Positions 27,153 to 37,002 of a stretch of 42,835 nucleotides of DNA are shown here, piece after piece; the stretch's first letter is position 1, and each line of letters opens with the position of its first letter. A program made the position numbers and the translations under genes. The DNA lies in NCBI GenBank assembly GCA_052145975.1, contig JBKQNN010000018.1, positions 1-42,835 of the forward strand, in the 5' to 3' direction. Below the pieces are notes generated by a model. The model made no database searches and was not told the origin of the DNA. It was given only the letters and a program-made list of their open reading frames with translations. The stretch is from Rhodomicrobium sp. (GTDB lineage: Bacteria; Pseudomonadota; Alphaproteobacteria; Rhizobiales; Rhodomicrobiaceae).

Positions 27153-28340
27153 ATGGCCACGAGAATTTTATACTTCGTTCACGATCTTAACGATCCCGCG
27201 GTGGCACGGCGCGTCAAAATGCTATTGGCCGGTGGCGCCGATGTTGAATTGACCGGATTTCACCGCGGTCCCCAGCCTATCTTTAGCGTGAACGGTATCC
27301 CCGCAACCGGTCTCGGCAAAACCGAACCGGCCAGGCTCCTGTCGCGAACGCTATCGGTCGCGAAAACCGCGCTCAGGCTCAAGACCGTAAGCGGCGCCGT
27401 GCGGCGCGCGAACGTCATTATCGCGCGCAATCTTGAAATGCTGACGCTTGCGGTGCGAGCCAGAAACCGCTTCGCACCCGGCGTGCCCATTGTATACGAA
27501 TGCCTGGACATTCACCGGCTTCTATTATCGCGGGGCCCGGCTGGGCGCGCTTTACGCTTGATCGAGGATCGGCTATGGCGGGAAACCGATCTTCTGCTGA
27601 CAAGTTCGCCAGCGTTCATTCGCAACTACTTCGACGGGCGCGGGTTTCCCGGCGCCTGGCGGCTGATTGAGAACAAGGTGCTGATCCTTGACGATGAAAC
27701 CGCCTTTCAACCGCCCAAGCGGCCCGATCCATCCGCGCCTTGGCGCATCGGCTGGTTTGGCGCGCTGCGCTGCCGGAAGAGCTTCGAGATCCTTTCCCGG
27801 TTGACGCGCGAGCTGCCCGGCACCGTGCAAGTCATTTTACGCGGGCGGCCCGCGCTATCGATTTTTCCAGACCTGGAAGCTGAGGCTGCGCGAGTACCCG
27901 GTATCGCTTTCGGTGGCGCATACCGGAACCCAGAGGATTTGAGCGCTATCTATGGTGACGTTCACTTTGCCTGGGCTATCGATTATTACGAAGAAGGCCA
28001 AAACTCGGCTTGGCTGCTGCCCAATCGAATCTATGAAGGCAGCCTGGGCGGAGCGGTCCCTCTAGCACTTGGCGAAGTGGAGACAGGCCGATGGCTCGCC
28101 GCCAGGAATGCAGGCGTGCTGCTGCCCGAACCGCCGGAGGAAGCGCTTCGTTCCTTGTTTTCGTCGCTTGACGCGACGAGGTACTCCCATCTTGCCAGTG
28201 CCGCCGCAAGCATTCCGCGCGCCGATTTGGTAGACAATACCGAGTCTTGCCGCGCACTCGTGCAGTCTCTTCCCCTGCAAAGGAAGCTTGGGGCCAAGGG
28301 ACTGAACCGCCTTGAAACAAGTCTCTCAAGGTCTGCTTAA
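27153..28340 (+). CDS. exoL: succinoglycan-type glucosyltransferase ExoL
   Basis: ILYFVHDLNDPAVARRV, ARNLEML, YECLDIHRLL, IGWFGALRCRKS and WAIDYYEEGQNSAWLLPNRIYEG are ExoL hallmarks. Confidence 0.9.
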   Translation: MATRILYFVHDLNDPAVARRVKMLLAGGADVELTGFHRGPQPIFSVNGIPATGLGKTEPARLLSRTLSVAKTALRLKTVSGAVRRANVIIARNLEMLTLAVRARNRFAPGVPIVYECLDIHRLLLSRGPAGRALRLIEDRLWRETDLLLTSSPAFIRNYFDGRGFPGAWRLIENKVLILDDETAFQPPKRPDPSAPWRIGWFGALRCRKSFEILSRLTRELPGTVQVILRGRPALSIFPDLEAEAARVPGIAFGGAYRNPEDLSAIYGDVHFAWAIDYYEEGQNSAWLLPNRIYEGSLGGAVPLALGEVETGRWLAARNAGVLLPEPPEEALRSLFSSLDATRYSHLASAAASIPRADLVDNTESCRALVQSLPLQRKLGAKGLNRLETSLSRSA

Positions 28341-29420
28341 ATGAGTGAAAGCGCTCAAACGACGTGTCCCGAGCCCGCTTTGGCTTTCCGGCCCGTCCTG
28401 GCTGTCATTCCCTGCCTCAACGAGGCGGCCCATATCGAAACGGTCGCCCGGCACATCCTCGCAGAAGCGGACCGCATCCCGCTAAGGCTCGTCATCGCCG
28501 ATGGCGGCAGCACGGACGGCACCCGCGAGTTTGCGCGAGAGCTTGCCTCCAACGATAACCGGGTTGTGTTTCTCGACAACACCATGCGAATTCAAAGCGC
28601 AGCCGTGAATCTCGCAGTTGAGAGATTTGGGGCCGGCCACGAGTTTCTGATCCGTGTGGACGCGCATGCAGGCTATCCGCCGCGTTATTGCGAAACCCTT
28701 CTGCGCGAGCAAGCCGTCACGGGCGCGGATTCGGTCGTGGTCAGCATGGCCGCCAAAGGCGAGACGTGCTTCCAGCGCGCCGCGGCGGCGGCTCAAAACT
28801 CGCTTCTAGGCAATGGCGGCTCCGCGCACAGGCGCGTGGGCGCCGGCCGCTTCGTGGACCACGGTCATCATGCGCTTATGAGGATCGCCGCCTTTCAATC
28901 GGTGTGCGGCTACGACGAGGCGTTCACTCACAACGAGGACGCGGAGCTCGACGTCCGTTTGCGTGGCGCGGGCTTCCGGATTTGGCTCTCAGGCATGCCG
29001 CCCATCGCCTATTTTCCGAGGGCCACGCCACGCGCTCTGTTCCGTCAGTATTTCAACTTCGGCCAGGGCCGGTTCCGCACCTTGTTCAAGCACAAGTCAC
29101 GGCCCAAGCTCAGGCAGTCCTTGCCGCTCGCTGTGGCACCAGCACTTCTGCTCGGCCTGCTGACGCCGGTTCACCCGGTCTTCGCTGCCCCCGCCGCGGC
29201 ATGGGCGAGCCTTTGCGCCGCCTTCGGAATCTTGCCCGGTATACGGCAGAAAGACCCATGCGCCGGGCTCTCAGGCTTCGCCGCCATGATCATGCATTTG
29301 GGCTGGTCGGCTGGCTTCCTCGCTAGCGCGCTGAAGCTCGCAACCGGGCGGGCCACCTCGGCGAAAGTTTCCCGCAAGCCGAACACGGCCAGCACAGCCC
29401 CCGGCGGGATGGCATCATGA
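28341..29420 (+). CDS. exoA: succinoglycan-type glucosyltransferase ExoA (GT2)
   Basis: IPCLNEA, DGGSTDGT, RIQSAAVN, RVDAHA, QNSLLGNGGSAHR, DHGHHALM and HNEDAELD motifs. Confidence 0.9.
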   Translation: MSESAQTTCPEPALAFRPVLAVIPCLNEAAHIETVARHILAEADRIPLRLVIADGGSTDGTREFARELASNDNRVVFLDNTMRIQSAAVNLAVERFGAGHEFLIRVDAHAGYPPRYCETLLREQAVTGADSVVVSMAAKGETCFQRAAAAAQNSLLGNGGSAHRRVGAGRFVDHGHHALMRIAAFQSVCGYDEAFTHNEDAELDVRLRGAGFRIWLSGMPPIAYFPRATPRALFRQYFNFGQGRFRTLFKHKSRPKLRQSLPLAVAPALLLGLLTPVHPVFAAPAAAWASLCAAFGILPGIRQKDPCAGLSGFAAMIMHLGWSAGFLASALKLATGRATSAKVSRKPNTASTAPGGMAS

Positions 29421-30430
29421 CAAGCCCCTGTGCCCAGCCCCAGGTCTGCGTTTCCGTAGTTATGGCCAACTACAACGGCGCGCGCTTCCTCCCGGACGCC
29501 ATCGAATCCGTGCGCAATCAAACCCTTAGGGATTGGGAGCTGCTCATATGCGACGATGCGTCCAGCGATGAAAGCGCAGGCATCGCCCAGCGTTACGCGG
29601 CCGCGGATCCTCGCATCAAGCTTATACGAAACGAAACGAACCTGGGACCGGCCGCCGCCCGCAACCGCGCCCTGGCGGTGGCAACGGGTGCCTGGCTCGC
29701 GATCGTGGACAGCGACGACCTTATGCATCCGGCGAGGCTCAAGCGCCTTATCGCGAACGCGGAACAAGATGGCGCCGCCATGGTGGCGGACGATCTCATC
29801 GTGTTTTATCAAGATGGATCGCGGCCGTCGCATGGCTTGCTTTCTTGCGCCGATGCCGGGGAACCGTTTTGGGTAGATACCGCCGGCTTCGTGCGGTCCA
29901 ACACGTTCTATTCCGGGCGGAGAGGCCTTGGCTATCTCAAGCCCATTATCCGGACGGACTTGCTCCAGCAAGCGTCATGCCGCTACGACGAGACCCTCAC
30001 AATCGGTGAGGATTACGATTTCATTTTCCGCCTTCTGGTTGCCGGGCTGAAATACCGCGTCTATCCCCGGCAGCTTTACTATTACCGCAAACACAGCGGC
30101 TCCATTTCCCATCGGCTCTCGACTGAAGCGGCATTCGCCATGCTGGATGCTGAGCGGCGGTTTCGACCTGAGCTCGATGGCGCAAGCCGGGAAGTGCTCG
30201 CTGCCGTCGAGGCTCGAAGCCAATCTCTTCAGACGGTTCTTGCTTTCAACGCCCTTATCGCCGCTTTGAAGTCGCGCCGTTTCGCCGAAAGCGCCAGCCG
30301 GATTCTCCGGCGCCCGAAGCTTCTCCTGCTCTTGCGGGAGCCTCTCCAAGCCTGGTTTTCGAGGGCGCGGGCAATGCGTATTTCGCTCGCGGCGGCGGGC
30401 GCCCATTTTCTTCGAAAGACTGCGCAATGA
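29417..30430 (+). CDS. exoO: GT2 glycosyltransferase, ExoO/ExoU-like
   Basis: DDASSD, GPAAARNRAL, DSDD, LGYLKP, YDETLTIGEDY and SGSISHRL motifs. ATGA-coupled to exoA. Confidence 0.75.
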   Translation: MTSPCAQPQVCVSVVMANYNGARFLPDAIESVRNQTLRDWELLICDDASSDESAGIAQRYAAADPRIKLIRNETNLGPAAARNRALAVATGAWLAIVDSDDLMHPARLKRLIANAEQDGAAMVADDLIVFYQDGSRPSHGLLSCADAGEPFWVDTAGFVRSNTFYSGRRGLGYLKPIIRTDLLQQASCRYDETLTIGEDYDFIFRLLVAGLKYRVYPRQLYYYRKHSGSISHRLSTEAAFAMLDAERRFRPELDGASREVLAAVEARSQSLQTVLAFNALIAALKSRRFAESASRILRRPKLLLLLREPLQAWFSRARAMRISLAAAGAHFLRKTAQ

Positions 30431-31413
30431 GCCCGCACCTGCGAAGCTTCGCGCAGCCGGCGGAGCCGCCTTCAGCCGGCCGCCTTGAGGAAAGCCACGT
30501 GGCGCGGCCGGCTTCGAACGGCGCCACCGAACCCGCCACTGTGGACGTCTTCATTTGCACCTATCGCCGCCCGCAGGCCGTGGAGGCTATTCAAAGCGTC
30601 GCCAAGCAGGCGCTGCCGCCGAATGTCCGGGTCCGGCTCGTGATTGCCGACAATTCGGCCGAGGCATCGGCCCGCGATCTGGTCGCCAGTCTGGCAGAAG
30701 ATTTTCCACTCGGCCTCCATTACCTTCATGCTCCGGGAGCCAACATCTCGATAGCTCGGAATGCTTGCCTCGATTATGCCGAGGGCGATTGGATCGCCTT
30801 CCTCGATGACGATGAAACAGCCTCTCCAGGCTGGCTTGCCAGTCTGCTCGCTAAGAGTACCTGCGCCGATATCGTTTTCGGGCCGGTACAAGCCCTTTAT
30901 GGAGACGCGGCACCGGGTTGGGTCCGGTCCGCGGATTTTCATAGCGCGCGCGTGGTCTACCGTAACGGACGCATCGATACGGGCTATGCAGGAAACGTCT
31001 TGATGCGCCGCTCCGCAGTCGAGGCAAAGGGCATCCGTTTCGACTTGCGTTACGGCGTTTCCGGCGGCGAAGATACGATGTTTTTTGGCAAGCTGGCGGC
31101 CGCGGGCTTGCGCCTCGCCGAGGCGCCGGAAGCATTGGCTACCGAAGCGGTCCCGGCCGAGCGCACGAGGCTCCAGTGGCTCGCACGCCGTCACTTGCGG
31201 TCCGGGCGATCCCATGCAGAAATGTTCTTGGCTACGTCAGAGCCGGGCGTCCCGCTTGCTAGAGCGGGGCTCTCCGCCGTAAAGGCCGTATTTTGCGGCG
31301 CGGCTGCCGCGGGCACGGCTGTATTCAGCCCCGGCTGGCGGCGATGGTTTCTTCGCGGTCTGTTCCACGTTGCCATGGCCGTACGCTTCCTGGGGTTCAA
31401 AGCGTTCCCGTAA
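30427..31413 (+). CDS. exoM: GT2 glycosyltransferase ExoM
   Basis: ICTYRRP, ADN, NISIARNACLD, AFLDDDETA, GYAGNVL and SGGEDT motifs. ATGA-coupled. Confidence 0.85.
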   Translation: MSPHLRSFAQPAEPPSAGRLEESHVARPASNGATEPATVDVFICTYRRPQAVEAIQSVAKQALPPNVRVRLVIADNSAEASARDLVASLAEDFPLGLHYLHAPGANISIARNACLDYAEGDWIAFLDDDETASPGWLASLLAKSTCADIVFGPVQALYGDAAPGWVRSADFHSARVVYRNGRIDTGYAGNVLMRRSAVEAKGIRFDLRYGVSGGEDTMFFGKLAAAGLRLAEAPEALATEAVPAERTRLQWLARRHLRSGRSHAEMFLATSEPGVPLARAGLSAVKAVFCGAAAAGTAVFSPGWRRWFLRGLFHVAMAVRFLGFKAFP

Positions 31414-32672
31414 CGCAACGAAGCGCCCGTACCGGAAAAAACCCAGATCACAGCCAGCAAAACCGTGCCTATATGAAATTGATATAGGAGCGCAACCTCT
31501 AGGAAGGAGCTTAAGCAGAAGAATGTGAATAGGCCGGCGGCAAAGTATACCGGCGGGCTTGGTTTCTGAATGATGGAAATTAACAGACGGGCACTGATTG
31601 CAAGGAGCACCAAGATTAGGGTTATCAAACCCACATAGCCAAGCTCCACACCTGTGTTCAAGTATAGGTTATGGAAGTTGAAGCCAGCACCCGCCTCCTC
31701 GGAGGAAGCCTCCCATAACTCTTCGGCAGGTGGATTACCGATTTGCCAAAAGGCCGCATAGCCCGTGCCCAGTAACGGTGCTTCGCCTATAAAGACGCGG
31801 GCGCGCTCCCAAAGATATAAACGCCCTGTTAACGTCGCGTCCTTTCCTAAAGAATCGAGTAAGACGCTGGTGTCGCCGCCGGTCATTAGAATCAAGATAA
31901 TCCCTGCGGCACCGGCGATTATCGCTCCCGCCATTACCAACTGGCGCATCGCTTGAGGAAGCCTTGCGATCGCCATTACAGCAAGTAAAACCGCCACAGC
32001 CGGGATGCTGAACACAAGCGCGCCAGTGGATTGCGCAAGCACCAAGCAGACCGGTGCTTCAAGGAGCGCGAACAAACCGAGTGCGCGAATAGAAAGATTT
32101 TGACGTCTGTCGAGAAGTACCGTTATCCCCGAGACCAACTGAAGAACCGCAAACAGCGCAAACATATTCTTGCTGTCGAACAAGCCCTGCAACGCCCAGT
32201 CGCCGCGAAAGCTGCCGCCGCCGTCGGCTACGACACCGGCGGATACGATCGCTGTGAGAGCGCACAAAAGAGCGGATGTGAACGTGACCGGATGAATTAG
32301 GGAGCCCGCCCATATCCCTATAATGCAGGTCAAAAGGAACTGTATGCTCAAACGCAGCGTGATCTCCGGGAACTGCGACCACGTAACGGAAATAATCGCC
32401 AGCGCTGGAAGTATGAGGAACAGGGCATTTTGCGATAGTTTCACCCATGCGAGCTGAGGAGAACGCGCTGCCAGCAGCAGCCAAGGCAGGATGAACAACG
32501 CCGCGGCCACCGAGCCAAGGCGAGCAAGAAGGCCTAGCATCAAGAGCGAAACGAAGCAGGCGACCCAATCCACCCAGGATCTGCCCGCCTGCTCCCGCTT
32601 TGCGACAACGAGCCTTCCGCGAGCCGGCCCGATGGATCCACGTCCATGATAATTCGGTGCCGGATGCGTCAT
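31191..32672 (-). CDS. exoQ: Wzy polymerase / O-antigen ligase (ExoQ-like)
   Basis: Multi-TM; GLFDSKN, LGKDATLTGRLYLW, PLLGTGYAAFW and FNFHNLYL motifs. The C-terminal tail overlaps exoM antisense. Confidence 0.8.
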   Translation of the reverse strand: MTHPAPNYHGRGSIGPARGRLVVAKREQAGRSWVDWVACFVSLLMLGLLARLGSVAAALFILPWLLLAARSPQLAWVKLSQNALFLILPALAIISVTWSQFPEITLRLSIQFLLTCIIGIWAGSLIHPVTFTSALLCALTAIVSAGVVADGGGSFRGDWALQGLFDSKNMFALFAVLQLVSGITVLLDRRQNLSIRALGLFALLEAPVCLVLAQSTGALVFSIPAVAVLLAVMAIARLPQAMRQLVMAGAIIAGAAGIILILMTGGDTSVLLDSLGKDATLTGRLYLWERARVFIGEAPLLGTGYAAFWQIGNPPAEELWEASSEEAGAGFNFHNLYLNTGVELGYVGLITLILVLLAISARLLISIIQKPSPPVYFAAGLFTFFCLSSFLEVALLYQFHIGTVLLAVIWVFSGTGASLRYGNALNPRKRTAMATWNRPRRNHRRQPGLNTAVPAAAAPQNTAFTAESPALASGTPGSDVAKNISAWDRPDRK

Positions 32673-32932
32673 GCTTCTCTCTGGATTGAAGCTAAAAGGA
32701 TGGAGCGGTGTATAAAGGCATAACCCGCATAGCATGCGCTTGTTAATAGTATCTGAAACTTCTTGCGAGCAAATACGATAGTTCGAAATCGCCGCGGGAT
32801 GTGCGTTAACCTAGCATTATTAATTTGCTTGGTTAACATTGACTTCGCGGTTCTTTGCGTAACATTTTATCTCAGATCGGCTCCCGGCTCATACCGGTGC
32901 AATCGCCGATCTCGAAGCACAGGTTCAAGGAA

Positions 32933-33883
32933 ATGACCTTCTACACCTCGCCTGAATATCTCAACGCTGTCGCAGAAATCTATTTCCGCGGAAAAAACAC
33001 GAGTATCGAGGACGTCCGGATAGGCGAAGATGTGCTGCGGCTTCTGGTGGCCGGCAATAAGCAGGTCGTGACAGACGCGCCATTTCTCGACTACCACCAA
33101 CCCCTGCCCCGGTCCGAGATTGCCGGTGCGACCCGCAAATTCGGTCACGCGAAGTCTGTGGTCCGGCGGGTCATCGAAATCTCCGAATGGGACGCCAACG
33201 CTTTCGACGGCTTTGACCTAGCGCCGTTCGTCGACTGGCCGATGTTCGCTACATTCGGCGATTACCGCGCGTACATTCTGAAGCGCAACAAGGGCCTCAT
33301 CAAGGAACGCGAGCGGCGGGGACGGCGGCTTGCAGAGGCATTTGGTGAAATCGCATTCAAAATACACGACGATGAGGACGATGTACTTGAAACCGCGCGG
33401 GCTTGGAAGACACGCCAGCTACGCGAGACCGGCGCGAACGATTGGTTCGCGGACGGCAGGACAATGGAGTTCCTCAATTTGCTTCGCCGGAGGGGACTGC
33501 TAACGGCATCGACGCTTAGAGCTTCGAACCGCCTCCTTGCGATTTGGGTTGGCTTTATTCACGGCGGCGTTTGGTCAGGCTGGCTTTTTACCTACGATCC
33601 CGATCTTTCAAAATATTCTGTTGGGCATCAACTACTGAACTCGATGCTGGAAGAGAGCTTCAAGCTCAAGCACCGCGAGTTCGATTTCTCGACCGGCGCT
33701 GAAGACTACAAGATGATTTATGCAACGCACGGCCGGCTTTTGGGACCGATTGGAAGCGCCCCTCTCAGCACGCGGCTCATCGGCCGGATAAAAAAAGAAC
33801 TAAGAAAGCAGAGCCCCAAATTGTTCGAGATCGCGCGTTCGCTAAGAAGAAAAATAAACAGTATGGGATTTAAAACTGCCTAA
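32933..33883 (+). CDS. GNAT acyltransferase, CelD/BcsL (Acetyltransf_6) type
   Basis: RERRGRRLAE, WKTRQLRETG, YDPDLSKYSVGHQLL and FDFSTGAEDYK motifs; AAGGAA RBS before ATG 32933. Confidence 0.85.
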   Translation: MTFYTSPEYLNAVAEIYFRGKNTSIEDVRIGEDVLRLLVAGNKQVVTDAPFLDYHQPLPRSEIAGATRKFGHAKSVVRRVIEISEWDANAFDGFDLAPFVDWPMFATFGDYRAYILKRNKGLIKERERRGRRLAEAFGEIAFKIHDDEDDVLETARAWKTRQLRETGANDWFADGRTMEFLNLLRRRGLLTASTLRASNRLLAIWVGFIHGGVWSGWLFTYDPDLSKYSVGHQLLNSMLEESFKLKHREFDFSTGAEDYKMIYATHGRLLGPIGSAPLSTRLIGRIKKELRKQSPKLFEIARSLRRKINSMGFKTA

Positions 33884-33912
33884 GGCCAAGCGCGATGCCC
33901 CTGGAGACCAAA

Positions 33913-34893
33913 ATGAACCTGACGGCCGCCGATAAAGTCCTGACTTCCACCCAAGCGACGGAAACCGATCAATCTCAATTGGATCGATGCTCCACCGAGA
34001 CCGCACCGCCGGAACCCGCTCCGCCTCGGGGCTTGCGCGCACTGAAAGCGAGCGTTTCGGGAAGAGTTTCGGCCGCGATACTGCCCTTGGCGATGCGGCT
34101 TGCGCGTGACTTTGTCGGCGGAGAAACCGCTGACGACGCTCTACTGGTCGCCAAACGCCTTGCGAAAGAAGCTATTCCCAGCACGCTGGGCTTTTGGGAT
34201 ACGACAGACTACACCCGGCGCCAAGTGGCCTCAATCCAACTTGAGACCGTAAATCGCCTGGCTGCAAGCGGTCTCGATTGTTATATCTCGATAAAACCGC
34301 CGGCTTTAGGATACGATCCTCAGTTGGCCGCGGAGATCGCCGCAGGAGCCAAAGCCTCCAATATCCGCCTGCATTTCGACTCGCATGGGCCAGAGACCGT
34401 GGAGCCTTCGCACAAGATGTTGCAAGCCATGCTGCGCGAGGTTCCGGCCGGTAGTGTTGGCACGACCATACCTGGGCGCTGGCTGCGCAGCTTGACGGAT
34501 GCCGATTGGGCGATTCAGCAGCAGCTAAGTATCCGTGTTGTCAAGGGACAGTGGCCGGACCCGGCTTGTCCGGAGCGTGACCTGCAAGCTGGCTTTCTTG
34601 AGGTCGTAGACCGGCTCGCCGGCCGCGCCCGGCACGTGGCGGTGGCGACCCATGACATGCCGCTGGCGGAACAAGCGATCGCCCGCCTTCAAGCCGCGGG
34701 CACATCCTGCGAACTCGAGCAATTGTACGGGATGACTTCGAAGCAATCGCTGCGGTGGGCCAGAGAGAAACAAATCGGTCTCAGGGTCTACATCCCATTC
34801 GGCAAAGGTTATGTTCCAAATGCGATCGGCGTGCTGAAGCGCAATCCCCGCCTCGCCTGGGTAATCCTTAAGAAACTCGTGGCCTCGCGCTAA
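33913..34893 (+). CDS. proline dehydrogenase-fold flavoprotein with atypical active site
   Basis: FVGGET, ISIKPPALG, RVVKGQW, VATHD, LEQLYGM and RVYIPFG motifs; GGAG RBS before ATG 33913. Confidence 0.82.
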   Translation: MNLTAADKVLTSTQATETDQSQLDRCSTETAPPEPAPPRGLRALKASVSGRVSAAILPLAMRLARDFVGGETADDALLVAKRLAKEAIPSTLGFWDTTDYTRRQVASIQLETVNRLAASGLDCYISIKPPALGYDPQLAAEIAAGAKASNIRLHFDSHGPETVEPSHKMLQAMLREVPAGSVGTTIPGRWLRSLTDADWAIQQQLSIRVVKGQWPDPACPERDLQAGFLEVVDRLAGRARHVAVATHDMPLAEQAIARLQAAGTSCELEQLYGMTSKQSLRWAREKQIGLRVYIPFGKGYVPNAIGVLKRNPRLAWVILKKLVASR

Positions 34894-35196
34894 ACGGTAT
34901 CCTGTGCTCATAGCCGGAGCGCGCCGCCCCGCCTGGCTGCATCCGGGGCGGGGTTGCACGTTTTGCTTGCAGAGTTCTTTGCGGCCCCCCTCGCGTCCTT
35001 TCAAAACACAATCACGAATCGTTGATACTCTGGCGCTGCTTTGCAGAAATGCGGCCTTCAATGCCGCTGCGACAGACAATCTTAGGTCAGAGTGGCCGAT
35101 TAACTTTAGCATTTAATTGGTATTGCGTTCGCTACGTTGGCGCTTCATATTTAGGCGCAGGTTAACCTTATCATATCTAGCGTGATTGGTGGCATT

Positions 35197-36672
35197 ATGC
35201 CTAAAATTGTGAGTGATCCCGCCTCCTCACGTGAAGGAGATACGGAATCGCAACCCTTGCACCGGTCCGTTCCCAGCTGGCTGTCAAAGGGGATGATATT
35301 TGACGTATTGGCGCTCTACGACGTTCTGGCCATCACAAGCACCGCCTGGGTTTCCTACTACCTATACGTGGTGCTATACGCCCGCGCGCAAGCGGAAATC
35401 ACCAGTTACGCCCTGGTTGTTTGCTTAGAAGTATTATTGTTTCATACCGTCGCGCGCAAGAGCGGTGAATACGATGTGCCGCCTGCCCATTCCCCCACCT
35501 CTTCTCTATCGAACGTATTATCTATTTGCGCGCTAACGGTTGGCTCATCGTTTATTTTCTTGTTTTTTATGAAAGTACAACCCGAATTCTCGCGAATATG
35601 GTTCCTGCTTTGGTTCGTTCTCTTGCTAGTCTCTCTCTCGGCGGGACGCGCGGTATCGGCCTACTACCTCGCACTGTGCGGGCGCACGGGGCTTCTGCGC
35701 CGCTCAATCGCCTTGATAGGTTCGGGCGGCCAATTCCAGGCGGCAAAGGCGGCTCTCCAGCAAGACGCGAACCATTATAGCGTCGTCAGTGCTGTCGAAC
35801 TTTCCGCTGGCGGAGCGGGCGCATCATCCGAATCGAACGAATTGTCCGCAAATTTGGAGTTCTTTCTGAAGGAGGCTCGCAAAAAGCATGCCGATGAGGT
35901 GATCGTAGCCTTACCGTCCGGAATGGGCCGGCAGCTCCAAGAGATCGTGCGGAAGGCCCAGACGCTACCGGTCGACATTCGCGTCGTGCCTGACTTTGGC
36001 GGCGCGAAGATACACATGTTCCATATGCCCCAAATTGCCGACTTGCCGCTCATCACAGCGGTTTCGAAGCCTATATCGGAGTGGGGCGGCTTCCTGAAGA
36101 TGGTTGAAGACTATGCGTTCGCTGTTATAGCGTTGATTCTGTTCGCGCCAGCAATGGCTCTTATCGCCATAGCAATTAAGCTAGACAGTAAGGGGCCGGT
36201 CTTATTCCGCCAACGGCGGCACGGATACAATTACCGCGTGGTTGAAGTCTTAAAGTTCCGGACTATGACGGTAATGGAAGATGGGGCTCAAATTACGCAG
36301 GCGACAAAGAACGACAAGCGCATCACGCGGGTGGGCGCGTTTCTACGCCGCACCAGCCTCGACGAGTTGCCCCAATTTTGGAATGTCATTCGTGGCGAGA
36401 TGTCCATCGTAGGGCCAAGGCCCCACGCCATCGCGCACAACAACTATTACGACGATCTCATCGAGAATTACGCAAACAGGCATCGCGTCAAGCCGGGAAT
36501 AACCGGGTGGGCACAGGTGCACGGCTTCAGGGGCGAAACAAGCACCCCCGACATGATGGCCAACCGCGTCCGCTACGACCTGGAGTACATCGAGAACTGG
36601 TCGTTATGGCTCGACTTGAAAATCGTGATTATGACGCCATTATTCGGTTTGTTCCGGCGTAGCGCCTATTGA
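35197..36672 (+). CDS. wcaJ: undecaprenyl-phosphate hexose-1-phosphate transferase (WcaJ/GumD-type priming glycosyltransferase)
   Basis: N-terminal TMs and a Rossmann-like domain; [43 protein letters not shown] and [13 protein letters not shown] motifs. Confidence 0.92.
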   Translation: MPKIVSDPASSREGDTESQPLHRSVPSWLSKGMIFDVLALYDVLAITSTAWVSYYLYVVLYARAQAEITSYALVVCLEVLLFHTVARKSGEYDVPPAHSPTSSLSNVLSICALTVGSSFIFLFFMKVQPEFSRIWFLLWFVLLLVSLSAGRAVSAYYLALCGRTGLLRRSIALIGSGGQFQAAKAALQQDANHYSVVSAVELSAGGAGASSESNELSANLEFFLKEARKKHADEVIVALPSGMGRQLQEIVRKAQTLPVDIRVVPDFGGAKIHMFHMPQIADLPLITAVSKPISEWGGFLKMVEDYAFAVIALILFAPAMALIAIAIKLDSKGPVLFRQRRHGYNYRVVEVLKFRTMTVMEDGAQITQATKNDKRITRVGAFLRRTSLDELPQFWNVIRGEMSIVGPRPHAIAHNNYYDDLIENYANRHRVKPGITGWAQVHGFRGETSTPDMMANRVRYDLEYIENWSLWLDLKIVIMTPLFGLFRRSAY

Positions 36673-36674
36673 GC

Positions 36675-36709
36675 CTGGAACATTTGCTTGCAATCGCTTG
36701 TTCCAAGGC
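36675..36709 (+). terminator. hairpin just after the wcaJ stop
   Basis: CCTGGAACA...TGTTCCAAGG inverted repeat; no clear U-tract. Confidence 0.35.
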
Positions 36710-36733
36710 CGTGGAAGCAGGCAGTCCCTTCTT

Positions 36734-36829
36734 GTCATCCCGGAACCGCCAAAGGCGGTATCCAGGATCGTAACAGGCGCTAGCGTTCGCAACGATCCCG
36801 GATAATGCCTGCGGCATTTCTGGGATGAC
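36734..36829. repeat. GTCAT-type palindromic REP element
   Basis: GTCATCCCGGAACCGCCAAAGGCGGTATCCAGGATCG...CGATCCCGGATAATGCCTGCGGCATTTCTGGGATGAC. Confidence 0.8.
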
Positions 36830-37002
36830 GCCGCGGGGTGAACCAATCTACCGGATTCCGTATCAAACCCGTTGCGGAGAATGCCGGCGGCGGCCCAGGC
36901 CCACAAAAGATCCAAAACTTAAGATTATATTGCGTTGATTCTTCACCTCAGCCTCGCAGCGAATCGCCGCTACGGCGCAGAGTGCATAAAGGAATTGGAG
37001 CG

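Noticed and set aside
33913-34893. Annotation as putA/putB for proline catabolism
   Set aside because: It lacks the substrate-binding RR motif and the gating Glu, has no P5C dehydrogenase domain or neighbour, and sits in an EPS context.
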